Source: Stegostoma tigrinum
Taxonomy: Eukaryota
Direction: 5' to 3'
Length of the DNA: 64,000 nucleotides
NCBI RefSeq assembly: GCF_030684315.1
Contig: NC_081359.1
Coordinates: forward strand, 99,044,947 to 99,108,946
Shown: one piece after another, positions 51,750-64,000 of the stretch
Position numbering within the stretch: the stretch's first letter is position 1
Layout: the number at the start of each line of letters is the position of its first letter
Translations under genes and position numbers: made by a program
The notes under the pieces: model-generated
Told to the model about the DNA's origin: nothing
Databases searched by the model: none
What the model saw: the letters and a program-made list of their open reading frames with translations, nothing else

Positions 51750-52839
51750 CGTATTAGTGATTAGCAGCGTTTACAACCTATCATTATCATAACGGGGGTG
51801 TGAGGGATGTTAAGTACACATTTTATTTGACCGTTCCAAGTTTAATTTCTTGTCATCTGAGGTTATGAATACAAATTTTCATTTTAATAAGGAATTAGGT
51901 TCTTGAGGATTTTTAAATGCATTGGATTGCTTTTAGAGTCCTTTTAGAATGTGAAATGTAATGAAACTCGTAACAGATATTTACATTTTTTTCATCTTGA
52001 CAGGGCTTCTGAGATCTGCCCATTAGTGAATACAGGCTGAATTAATATTGAGGGTGCAATAACAATGTGTAGAAATTTGGAGAAGCTGTTTGGCATGAGT
52101 TATAATTAAGTTGGCATAGGGACTAGAAAAGGCCATGGGGATGAGTGGGGAGTCATGAGTTTGCATGTGTTGGGGTATAATTGACATCTGGGCTATAATG
52201 GGTTAGAGATTATGAGGGATCATGGGTTGGTATAAGTTGACAGGCATTTGCATAAGAGTTACAAGGGGCCATGGGATGATTCAAGAGGGACATAGATTGT
52301 CATGGAAAGTATGAGGGATTATGGAATGTGTAGAGGGGCATAATTCACAGACTATGAGGGATTAATTGTGATAGATTGAGGGGCTTGACTTGGAAAGGAA
52401 CATGCACAGGACCATGGAGGTTTGTGTGGGGATGATAAGATGGCACGTGTTGGCATGGATAGAGCACGATGAGTGGATGAAAGGATGACTGAATATGAGA
52501 GGTGAAGGCAACAGAGTGTAATATCATATAATGGTCATCCACTAAACAGCTCTCCATGGCTCTCTTCAGCACCTTTGAATAGTTGGACATGATGAGATTA
52601 TCACAGACCCCACGTATCCAGAATGAAAACAGTCATTCAAGATAGTTTCTCCAGGGACAGATGTGGTCTATCTAGGAAATTGTCCCAATGATTTGCATCT
52701 GCCTTGGAAGTGAAATTCAGCCAATGTTTCAAATCAATGGTTCTGAGGATGGGTCAGCAACCTAAAATCTTAAATCTGCTTCTGATGCTGCCTGACCTGC
52801 AGTTTGATGATGTGATTGTTTCTTGGATGAACAAAGCAA

Positions 52840-54120
52840 TGGACTTTATTCCAGAGTGTTGAAGGAAGTAGGTTGTTGAGAAATGCAGTGATTTTCTTTC
52901 AAAATTCTATAGACTCTAATGTTCCAAACTACTATAGTTTTGTCAAATGTTACTATCGACATTACTTCAAGGACAGCTGGTGAACATATTACACTTAGAT
53001 TTTCAGAATGCTTTCCATTAAGACTTAGATTGGAAGATGGTTAGAAAAATTATAGCACATGGGATAGCATGAAATATATTGGCATGGATTAATGATTGAC
53101 CGGCAGACAGAAAACAGGAGTAGGAGTAAATGGATTGTTCACATATTGGCAGCTTGTGGACATCTATGGATAGCCATGGAAGCATCAGTACCTGGGCTCT
53201 GAATATTAACAATGGATATATCATTGCTTTGGATTTGGGGACCAAATGTAGTATTTCCAAATTTGTGGATCATACAAAGCCATGTGAGAATGTGTGCCGT
53301 AAGGAAGATGTAAAGTGGCTTCTGGATGATTTGGACAGGCTTAGTGAATGGGCAAAGACATGGCAGATGGAATGTATTGTGGAAAAATGTGAGGTGAAAC
53401 ATATATGTGCAAAATATTTCTTAAATGGTAAGAGATTGGAAAGTGTGGAAGGACAAACTGACTTAGGTGGCCTTGTCAATAAGTCACTGAAGGTCAACAT
53501 GCACGTGTAGAAAAGTAATGGAAGGCTAATGGACTGTTAGCCTTTATCACAAGAAGATTTGAGTACAGGAGCAGTGAAGTCTTGCTTCAATTATATAGGA
53601 GCCTGGGTTGGCTGTACCTGGAGTGCTGTGTGCAGTTTTGGTCTCCTTGTCCCAAGAAAAATATTATTTCCAAAGAAAGACGGAAAAAGTTCAGCAACCT
53701 CAGTCCTGGGCTATTGGGACTGTCCTTTGCAGAGAGATGGAGTAAACTGTGTCTATATTGTTCAGCGTTTCAAAGAATGTGAGGTTATCTAATTGAAACC
53801 TGCAAAATAAGTGGGTTGAAGGGGAATGTAGAATCAAGGGGTACCATTTAAAAGTAAAAGAGATAACACTTAAGTCTAAGACAAGGAGAAATGTTTTTAC
53901 TAAGCAAGTTGTGAATCTTTGGAATTGTCTAATACAGAGAGGGCTATGGCAGTTCAGTCTTTGAGTAGGTTTAAGATAGAGCTTGATAGATTGCTGACTA
54001 CTAATGGCATACAAGGTTATTGGGATGAGGAGAGAAGAAAAGGCATTATAGTGTTTGATCAGCCATGATTGTACTGAATGATGGGGTAGGTTCATAAGGC
54101 TGAATGGCCTACTCCTCTTC
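52840..54120 (+). mobile_element. CR1-like RT and 3' end, degenerate
   Basis: Translations ISKFVDHTK, DLDRLSEWAKTWQME and LECCVQFWSP. Confidence 0.85.
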
Positions 54121-56610
54121 TGAATGAAAATTAAAGGTTCTCATGGGTTATTAAAAACACAAGTCTGTATTTCTATTCGCAATCTTGTTGCACACTGAAT
54201 TGACAATTATGTCAGTGAATAGTTTCATTGACAAAAGAATTGCCCTGCTTGCTCTCAACAAGGCATAATGTAGCTGATAGGAAGGGGTAATTTTCATGAA
54301 TGACAGAGACCAAAATTAAAGTCAGTATTCCTGCGCTCATTTAGCTAGGTATCATGTGTAATAATTTTTTCTGAATCTTGTCTGGAAATATGTAAATTGA
54401 AACCTCCTTAAACTTGCTTTCAAATGCCTCCATTGTCTTTGGTAGCAAAGTTTGTAATTATTACATTTTTGAAGTTTTTTCTGGCTCTGTATTTGAAATA
54501 AACACAAGTTTGTATTAGTTTAGCATATTTTATGATGACCAGATATCTCAAAGTAGATTTCAGCCAATTTTTTAAGCGTTCTCACTGTCATGACGCAGAA
54601 AACATGTCTGCCAAGTTGAGCAAAGCAAACTCCTACACACAATAATGTGACGCAGGCCAGGTAATCTGTATTTTGTCATGTAGGTTAAGGGGTAATTATT
54701 GGTCAAGAAACTGGGGATAGCTCCCTTGCCTTCGTACAGAGTTGGGCCTGGAATCTACAAACAGGAAGACAGGGCATGGGCTTAACATTTGATATGAAAG
54801 ATTACACCTTCAACTGTGCAGTACTACTTTTGTATTGGAGAATCAAGATGTGATTGTTGTGCTCTAACTGCAGTGGGATGTGGATGTAGAATCTTATGAC
54901 TCGAAGGCAAACGTTTAAGGTGATATGCTCAGTTCTTTCAGAGTTTAGCTCAGTTTTGGTACTCCTACCTTAAGCCTAATGGCAAGGTCTGGGCACATGA
55001 ACAAGGCCTTCACTGACATGGATGGCATCTGCACATTTAGTGGGTGCCAGCCTTAAGCTGCGATGTTCAGGCAAGACCATGTCAGCCTGGAATTGTGAAT
55101 GGAAAAGATTCTGCAGCAGGAATGCAGTGCTGATATTTCCTTATGTCCTACCCAACATTTAGCTGTTGACTGGCACCCTTGGAAAGAAAATTAAGCGGTC
55201 TACCAGCTCATTGTTTGGAAGATCTTGTAGAGTTCGATCAGGTTTGTCCTCAACGCTGCACTCCAAAAGAAATTGATTAGCTGTGAAGCCATTAGGATGC
55301 GAATGATATTATAGAAATGACATTTTGTTCAATCCTACTGTTATATAATCAATCCAGGCAAATTGCAATGTAATTTGCAGTGGAAACAATTCCAGATTCC
55401 CAAACCACTCATGATAAAGATATAAAGATGTACAGACAGGGGAGCATTCATTTAACTCATCAGACCCATCCTGCAAGTAGATCACGTATGATTGGAATAT
55501 GTATGAGTTGTTTTCAATTCACCGATCGCCTAAGGAAGACAACCAACAGTAAAAACCCACAAGAGGACTATAATCTGTGAAGCGTTTATTGTGATACAAT
55601 TGAGTAAAAGGCCTGAGGAAAACAAATTAATATTGTAACCTGCATTATTCGACTCTGATTACTTATAATGTACAATTGACCAATTGTGAGAGTATGATAG
55701 GAACTATCTTTTAGACTCTGCAGAAGGAGCCAGGACTCAATGGTTACTTTTATGCCTTCGACTGAGAAAGTTCCAAAAGCACCCCAGGAGTTTCAGTAAT
55801 ACATCTCGCTTGGAGTTCCAGTGCAGTATTGAGAGAGAACACTGTACTATCTGTAGTTCAGCATTTTGATTGAAATGCTAAATCAAAGCCCCCTCCACTT
55901 TCTCAGGGTGATATAAAATAAACCATGGATCTATTTTGATGAAGAACACGGACTTTGTCCAGATACTTATCCAAAGCTTACACTTGTACCTAGGTATCTG
56001 GTTATGGTCTCTTTGCTGTGTTGTTCATATTTTCTATCATGTTACCTATATTGCAATAGAGACTAAACTTCAAATGTTGCTTACTTGGCTGTATAACATT
56101 CTGGGACAATATTAAAGGTATAATCTAAATGCACATTCTTTATTTCTTCTTTTTCCTGGATTGTCTATGGCAAAACCTTATCCTTGCTAATTTTGATATC
56201 TAAATCAGCGTGTAAATAACTGGAACATACTGCTGATACAGAACAATTAATAGCCCATATAGGTTGCCAAATGCCTTTGTCTGTGGTTCTGTTACTTTTA
56301 GACATGGCTAATTGAAGTTCCATTCACCAATCATCCCACAGCCACCAAACTACTTGATCTGGGTGAAACAAAGCCCTGATTTTAGAATTCACAACCTTGC
56401 TTTCAAACCACTCTTGACATCGTTGCTCTTTAACTCAGTAATCATCGACAGGATAATTTGTACTGCTCTCATGCTCAATGTTAAAGCTTACCTCATTGAC
56501 ATTAATTTTAGTTATCCAGCCTAAAATTTCATTTAGTGTCCCACTGTCAATAAAAATGCCCTCTACCATGCCTACAAAGTTTTGCAAAATATAGTAAAGG
56601 CTGATACAAA

Positions 56611-56875
56611 TGCAGCGTGTTATATCTGCCAATGAAGTTACCACTTTAAAGTGAGATATAATGGAAGACTGATATGGCATATCTATGAAGTTATTGGTTT
56701 ACAGTGTAATATAAGTGAAGACTGTGATAACATGCCTGTGAAGTTTCTAGTTTATAGTGTAATATAAGCGAAGACTGTGATAGCATGCTTATGAAGTTAC
56801 AAGTTTACAGCGTAATGTAAGTGCAGACTGTGGTAGCATGCCTATGAAGTTACTAGCTTACAGTGTAATATTAAT
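56611..56875. repeat. 53-bp minisatellite, 4 good units plus 1 degenerate unit
   Basis: Unit gaagactgtgatagcatgcctatgaagttactagtttacagtgtaatataagt starts at 56664, 56717, 56770 and 56823. Confidence 0.9.
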
Positions 56876-57858
56876 ACAGATTATTGTCATAATGAAACAA
56901 ATATAGATTCTATAATGTTATTCATGCAGATCGATGAGATGTAATTCATAAATTAATAGCAACTGCTGGCTCTCCTATTCTGCAGGGCACCATTTTGCAT
57001 CATGTGTTTAATAATTAGGATGTGATCTCTACAAAAGGAAAACAAATCTTTTTCATTGGTAGCTCCTTTCAGCTGAGGATAACTCTCTTCCACTCTCAGG
57101 ATGTAGGTGGTTGTACAGGTGGCTGTGGCCACTGCAGGTTCTGTTACACTTGGAGCAGGCGGGGTGGACTCGGGAAAGGGTTGGGGGGGTGTTGGTGCAA
57201 TAGTACACTCCTTTTGCTGTTATTGCCTGGCTTCCACTTTCTCCCAGTGGTAAGTTTCAAGGTGCTCGAAACCTTCTCGAATGTTCCCCCTCTACTTTGA
57301 ACGGTCTTGGGCCGATGATTAACATGTGCTTATGGGAATGTCATACCGCCAAATCTAAGTTCGTGGAAATGACCATATGACCAAGTTGCTTGGTAGAAGA
57401 AAAACAACAAAGAAGGCACAGCAGTTTAATTATGGAATGAATAGGTTCTTTCGGTGGCTCACTGTTCAAGACTTAGAGGCACCTATGTTGAACGGCGAGT
57501 TTGCAACTTCAGGAAAGTCGGAGGGACGACCTTGCTGGAAGTAAAAGGATGGTCCAAGAAATTACAGCCTGTATATGAAATATTGACACAATACCCAGAC
57601 TGACCGAAATGGCTAGTCTTCCAGGTTTTGGATTTTGGAGTGTAAATATGGGCACAGAGGGAAAGTGAAGTTAGAACACAGAACATACAACAGAACAGCA
57701 CAGTACAACCCCTTTGGCCCATGATATTGTGCCGACCTATTATCCAAAGTTAAGGCATCAATTTCAATTTGAGTAATTGCATTCATTGTATTTTCATGAT
57801 CTTTAACCTAACTGATTAGTTCATCAGTTCACTTTCTTTGACTTCTTTTTGTGCAATA

Positions 57859-59054
57859 CAGGGGCTTCGCTGTAAAGCAATAGTTGCTTTCCTGTGCAAC
57901 ATCGTGTTATAGAAAATCATGCTAGAGAAATAATGGGGCTTATGGGAAAAATGGGGTTGGTGCAGACTACGAAAAAATATCACTCAAAATTGCTCAAAAA
58001 TACTCAAAAGCCTAACACGTAGGATAGTACATCTTGAATAAATGTTTAATTCATATCTAATAATGAAATTAAAGTAAATTTAACATCTTGTCTTGAAGAA
58101 ATGTCAAGATAACTTGATAGGGGAGGAGGTTTAGAGGTTGCTCTGTTGTTAATGCAGGGGCAGAGAGTTGTCATCATCATCAGCACCTTTAGTCATGGTT
58201 GCAGGGTTAGGGTGAAAAATAGTTAATCCGGAAGTGGATGGCTGTGGTTCATTGTCTTCTGACCGTATCTTTGGGGTCGACTCAAAACAATCAATTTTTT
58301 ATTGCTTTGCCCTTTTTCTTCTTTCATGAAGAAGCTGTTCATAGGGTGCCAAATAAGATCTTATCCCACGTACTGCTACGCTGCTGCATTCTGCATTGTA
58401 ATCATTGTCCTCTGAGAGCTGCAACTGCTTCTCAATTTCCCTCAGGATAGAAGACAAAACAGAAGTGGAACGCTCTCATGGTGCTGCATCCTGGGCTTCA
58501 TCGTCTTCATCTCCAGCTTCCACTTGCCCCTCAGCGACAACTTGTTGTGTATCAGCTGTAGAGAGATCTTCATGGTGGGACCCCAGCAGCTCTTCAACAT
58601 CCTCACCCTCCACTTCTTCAAATCCAACTTGCTTTGCAAGATTTACACAATTTTCATTCTTGGGAGCTCCTCTGACAGATCAAAGGTTTTAAAATCTTGA
58701 AAAAATCTGGCAGATCTTCCGCCAAACTGTACGTAATCAGTCCTTGCTGACATCACCCCAGGCCTCTATGATGATGTCAGTTGCATTCTGATGTTAAAGT
58801 TCTTCCAGAATTGAAGACAACTGACCACATTCCTCTCAGCGGTTGCAATCAGCCTCTTAAATGTGCACCTTAAATAATAAGCTTTAAAAACTGCTATTGC
58901 ACCCTGGTCCGTGGGTTGGAGAAGAGAGTTAGAATTGATGGAATTGCATTATAGCCCACACAAGTTTGTGTTTTAGAAATAGCGTCTCCCTATTCCTCAG
59001 TTGCATTATAGCCAATTTGCATTGCTGGAATATGGGTTATAGCAGAACTGACTG
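57859..59054 (-). mobile_element. Internally deleted Tigger/pogo (Tc1/mariner superfamily) DNA transposon
   Basis: TA|cag...ctg|TA ends with imperfect TIRs. The minus strand encodes SLLQPTDQGAIAVFKAYYLR (58868-58930), FWKNFNI...EAWGDV...VWRKIC and EDVEELLGSHHEDLS, which are pogo transposase C-terminal motifs. Confidence 0.8.
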
Positions 59055-60516
59055 TAAACTTCTTTTGTTTAAACTGAACACTAGGGCTTCATTTCTTTAG
59101 TAAATATCTGGGATTTAGGGTCCACCAAAAGACTAAAAACATTTCTGGTTTCTATCAAAATCATAACACCATGAATACTATATCCTAACTTATTATTTTA
59201 AAATGTTTTCACTCATGTTCAGTTAAAGGAATGAGGAGTTTTATTTTCTTATTTAGGCAACATTAGGCGTAAAACATGTTGAAGTAGAATGCTGTAGCCA
59301 CCGAGCGGGATAATTATGGGTTCAAATTCTGCTCTCAAAGGACTTTAATCCACACAATATTGAAAGAGCAGTGAACTGTTGGAGGTGCTGTCTTTTGGAT
59401 GAGATGCTAAGTGAAAGACCCATCTGCCTGATCAATCGGATATAGTTGATCCTAAGGCACTGTTCAAAGTTTGAAAGATGCGGGGTTAACAAACTTCCTT
59501 CAATGAATGCTATCAAACACAGATGGAATAATTATTCATCTCCTTTTCTGTTGGAGCATTGCACTGAGTACTGTGTTCCTTTTCTATTTTACACGAAAGG
59601 TTATATCCTAAAATAGTCCTGCCAATTGATCTTTTGCTTGATAAAACCAATTTTCTGTTTAATTGAAATCCAGGTAATGGTTCATAACTGATCTTTGATT
59701 CCTCATGCAAGTAAAGATTATATTTCTATCTTTCTGTCTATTTCAACCACTCTCCTTTCCAGAATCTCATGAATTCTTGTGTCAACCTTGTTGTGTTAGT
59801 TAACATCAAATATTTTTTGCACATTTCTGGGGCCATGAAAATTTACTATTCAGTTCCTACCTCCTAAACAAATTTTTCTACATCACCATCAGTTGAATTC
59901 CATCTCCATTTAGCCATTGTACGTTCCTTTCTGAAAGGAGTTGCAAGTTCCATTTCTGTCAACTATGAATTTTATGCTTTTGACAGCTGATAATTGCGTT
60001 ATAACTTTGCCCGGAAAAAATAATCCCTTTGAGTCAGATTTGGTTCATATGTATTTCATTCCCAGAATGCTACACAAATCAAAACAATCAAAGGAGCTGA
60101 GCAGGCAGATTGCAAATTAATGCCATGTGGAGCGTAGTCTGTTCGAAACTCAGTGGTTTGTTGGGGCACTGCAATGAAAGGGTTAATTAAAGCAGTAGCC
60201 ACTGACTACCCTTAAGTTGTTGGCTGCTGACTGCACGTGATCTTATTTTGTAGTGAAAATTAAAGTTATTGGTTAGAGAGACACCAAAGGCATAACATCT
60301 TATCTCTCAACGCTTTTATGTCTTTTCCACAACTTTCATTGGAGATTAAATTCCAGTATCTTCCACTTCAATCATAAATGGTGGGAGGTAAGAGAAATGA
60401 GAAAGAGAAAAGCACTGCATTAATTTTTTAAAAAGTAAATAACGTGTTGAAATGGAGTCACAGAATCACAATATTATTGTGATTTAAATTCGTGCCAATC
60501 TAGCCTTACATAGAAG

Positions 60517-61513
60517 ATAGAACACAGAACATAGAACATTACAGCGCAGTACAGGCCCTTCAGCCCTTGATGTTGCGCTAACCTGTGAAGCCAATCTGAA
60601 GCCCATCTAACCTGCACAATTCCATTATCATCCATACGTTTATCCAATGACCATTTAAATGCCCTTAAACTTGGTGAGTCTACTACTGTTGCAGGCAGGG
60701 CATTCCTCTCCTTTACTACTCTCTGAGTAAAGAATCTACCTCTGACATCTGTCCTATATCTATCACCCCTCAATTTAAAGCTATGTCCCCTCGTGCTAGC
60801 CATCACCATCCAAGGAAAAGCTCTCACTGTCCACCCTATCTAACCCTCTGATCATCTTGTATGTCTCTATTAAGTCACCTCTTAACCTTCTTCTCTCTAA
60901 CGAAAACAGCCTCAAGCCTTTCAGCCTTTCCTCATAAGACCTTCCCTCCATACCAGGAAACATCCTGGTAAATCTCCTCTGCACACTTTCCAATGCTTCC
61001 ACATCCTTCTTATAATGTGGCGACCAGAACTGTATGCAAGGCTCCAAGTGTGGCCGCACCAGAGTTTTGTACAGCTACAAAATGGCCTCATGTCTCCAAA
61101 ACTCAGTCCCTTTACCAATAAAACCTAACACATTGTATGCCTTCGTAACAACCCTATCAACCTGGGTGGCAACTTTCAGGGATCTATGGACATGGGCACC
61201 AAGATCTCTCTGCTCATCCACACTACCAAGAATCTTACCATTAGCCCAGTACTCTGTATTCCTGTTACTCCTTCCAAAGTGAATCACCTCACACTTTTCT
61301 GCATTAAACTCCATTTGCCACCTCTCAACCCAGCTCTGCAGCATATCTATGCCCCTCTGTAATCTGCAACATCCTTCCACGTTATCCACAACTCCACTGA
61401 TTTGAGCGTCATCCGCAAATTTACTAACACATCCTTCTCTGCTCTCATCCAGGTCATTTATAAAAATAACAAACAGCAGTGGCCCCAAAACAGATCTTTG
61501 CGGTACACCACTA
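60517..61513 (-). mobile_element. Young 5'-truncated CR1-like LINE (RT C-terminal half)
   Basis: Translations GPLLFVIFINDLD...VSKFADD...WQMEFNAEKCEVIHFG and [14 protein letters not shown]; ttctatg repeat tail. Confidence 0.92.
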
Positions 61514-61599
61514 GTTTTTCTCAGAATCCCTGTACACGGTTACTATTCAGATAATCTCCGACTCTTCATCGAGCGCCTCAACAGAACTAGCTGTCCACC

Positions 61600-62000
61600 A
61601 TACTTCCAGACTGCATTTCAGACTTAACAATCCATCGTGTGAATTCATTTTTTTCCTCACTTTTGCATTTGTATCGTTTGTATTAAAATCTGTGTCCTTT
61701 GCATCTTGGTCCTCTTTTGAGCTATGTGTACAGTTTCACCAAATCTGCTCTGACCAGACCACTAATGATTTGGAAAACATCTGTAAGACTTCCTCTGAGC
61801 ATCCTTCTCTCCAGGGAGAACAGTTGCAACTTCTCCAAACTAACCTCATCACTGGAACCATTCTGGTAAGCCCCTTCTGCACCCTCTTCAACAAATGCAT
61901 CAACATCCTTCTTACAATGTGGTGCCCAGAACAGTAGTCCAGCTGAGGCCTAATTAGCGTCCAATATCAGTTCAGCATAACCTCCCTGCTCCTGTCATCT
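61600..62000 (-). mobile_element. Degenerate CR1-like fragment
   Basis: tgtggtgcccagaac (FWAPH reversed) and related motifs. Confidence 0.6.
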
Positions 62001-62269
62001 ACGTAATTTCATCTGTCATCTCCTGTGCTTGGTGACATGTCTAACCTTAGCGCTTTCTTCTTGGCTCGTTTGTTTTGTATTTCTGCTTTTATTGTTTTTT
62101 CCTAAATTCTGCATAATGTATCCTAGGTGTTGTCTTGGGTTTTGTATCTAAGATGTTTGTTTTTCTTTGGGGTTTTTGTACGAGGATGGTGTCTGAAAAT
62201 GGCAACTTTGTACACTTTTCACTCTCCTCTGTACTTGAATGCACGCAACGATAAAAGCTAATTCTCATT

Positions 62270-63790
62270 GGAGTCATAGAGCCATAGAGTTGTACAGCAT
62301 GGAAACCCACCTTTAAGCCCAACTTGTCCATGCCGACCAGATATCTTAAATTAATGTGATCCTTTTTGCCAGCATTTGGCCCATATCCCTATAAAACATT
62401 CATATTCATGTACGGTCCAGACAACTTTTAAATGTAATTCTCCCAGCCTCCACCACTTCCTCTGGTAGCTCATTCCACACATGCACCACCCTCTGCATGA
62501 AAACGTTGCCTCTTAGATCCCTTTTATATCTTTCGCCTCTCATCTTAAATATATGCCCTCTAGTTTTGAATCTGCTTACCTGAGGAAAAGATCTTGACTA
62601 TTCACCCTATTCATCCGGATGAAGGGACTGGGGGCATTCTGGCGAAGTTTGCCGATGATACAAAGATAGGTGGACAGGCAGGTAGTACTGAGGTGGTGGG
62701 GAAGCTGTAGAAAGATTTAGACAGTTTAGGAGAGTGGTCCAGGAAATGGCTGATGAAATTCAATGTGAGTAAATGTGAGGTTTTACACTTTGGAAAAAAG
62801 AATAAAGGCATGGACTATTTTCTAAACAGTGAGAAAATTTGCAAATCAGCAGTGCAAAGGGATCTGGGAGTGTTGGTCCAGGATTCTCTAAAGGTTAACT
62901 TGCAGCTAGAGTCCGTGATTAAGAAAGCGAATGTAATGTTGTCGTTTATCTCAAGAGGGTTGGAATATAAAAGCAGTGATGTGCTTCTGAGACTTTACAA
63001 AACTCTAGTTAGGCCCCATTTAGAATACTGAGTCCAATTTTGGGCCCCACACCTCAGGAAGGACATACTGGCACTGGAGCGTGTCCAGCGGAGATTCACA
63101 CGGATGATCCCTGGAATGGTAGGTTTAACGTGCAATGAACGGCTGAGGATCCTGGGATTGTGTTCATTAGAGTTTAGAAGGTTGAGGGGAGATCTAATAG
63201 AAACTTAGAAGATAATGTATGGCTTAGAAAGGGTGGATGCTAGGAAGTTGTTTCCGTCAGGCGGAGAGACTAGCACCAGTGGGCACAGCCTTAGAATTAG
63301 AGGGGGTAAATTTAAAACTGAAATGAGGAGACATTTCTTCCGCCAGAGAGTGGTGGACCTGTGGAATTCATTGCCACGGAGTGCAGTGGAGGCTGGGACG
63401 TTAAATGCCTTCAAAACAGAGATCGATAAATTCTTGATCTCACAAGGAATCAAGGGGTACGGGGAGAGAGCAGGGAAGTGGAGTTGAAATGCCCATCAGC
63501 CATGATTTACATGGCGGAGTGGACTTGATGGGCTGAATGGCCTTACTTCCACTCCTATGTCTTATGGTCTTATGGTCATGCCCATCAGGATTTTATAAAC
63601 TGCTACGAGGTTTCCTCTCAGCCTCTGGTGCCACAGGAAAAATAGCCCCAGCCTATTCAGGCTGCCCCTAAAGCTCAGCCTGTCCAGTGTCAGTAACATT
63701 CTTGTAAATCTTTTCCGCATCCATTCAAATTTAATATCTTTCCTATAGCAGTAAGATGAGAATTGAACACTCTATTCCGAGAGAGGCCTA
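62270..63790 (-). mobile_element. CR1-like 3' fragment (62270-62614 and 63576-63790) split by an opposite-strand CR1 insertion
   Basis: The host sequence ctattcaccctattcat resumes as tcatgcccatcaggattttataaac. Confidence 0.75.
62615..63575 (+). mobile_element. Young 5'-truncated CR1-like LINE
   Basis: Translations LAKFADDTKIGG, KCEVLHFG and RHFFRQRVVDLWNSLP; tail cttatggtcttatggt. Confidence 0.92.
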
Positions 63791-64000
63791 ACTTCATTTT
63801 ACTCCTAATTCTAATTCTCATTCTAATCCTAAATTTAATTCTTGAAAATGCTTCTATTTTCACCTCCTCATCCACATGTTCAAATATTTTTATCACCTCG
63901 TTTCTCCATGTCCTCTAGTCTTAAGGCAGTAAGATTTAGAATCAGAAATAAGGCACTCAGGCCATTAAGTCTGCTGTGCCTTTCAATGAGATTGTGGCTG

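Noticed and set aside
52080-52520. G/T/A-rich stretch with recurring ggcat/catg words
   Set aside because: It is a decayed low-complexity repeat with no definable period or function.
56611-56875. CRISPR-like array
   Set aside because: The whole unit repeats with no unique spacers, the context is eukaryotic, and there are no cas genes.
60517-63575. Active LINE retrotransposon
   Set aside because: Both young CR1 copies are ~1-kb 5'-truncated fragments with frameshifts or stops.

Overview
This is eukaryotic (vertebrate) genomic DNA. The repeat families (HE1-like V-SINEs, shark-type CR1 LINEs, Penelope-type inverted repeats) suggest a cartilaginous fish, probably a shark; that is an inference. 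The window holds one protein-coding gene, SHOX, on the + strand. It has five coding exons (11850-12090, 15451-15659, 19065-19122, 19982-20070, 21891-22145) that splice in frame to a 283-aa paired-class homeodomain protein with a C-terminal OAR motif, followed by a probable ~2.5-kb 3'UTR. The gene lies in a CpG-retaining, transposon-poor domain (~2.5-26.3 kb) with several homeobox-motif-dense candidate enhancers. The rest is CpG-depleted intergenic DNA full of CR1, SINE, Gypsy, RTE, L2 and Tigger/pogo relics. The most interesting observations are: (1) the SHOX stop is TGA-CAATCA (CARYYA readthrough context) followed by a 57-codon in-frame extension with coding-like codon bias; (2) an intronic tandem repeat triplicates the last-exon splice acceptor, which could give OAR-less isoforms; (3) a young family of short Penelope-type hairpin elements carries minimal hammerhead-ribozyme cores and 11-16 bp target-site duplications. 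Almost all other ORFs in the track are spurious or transposon-derived. Repeat boundaries were read by eye and are approximate.
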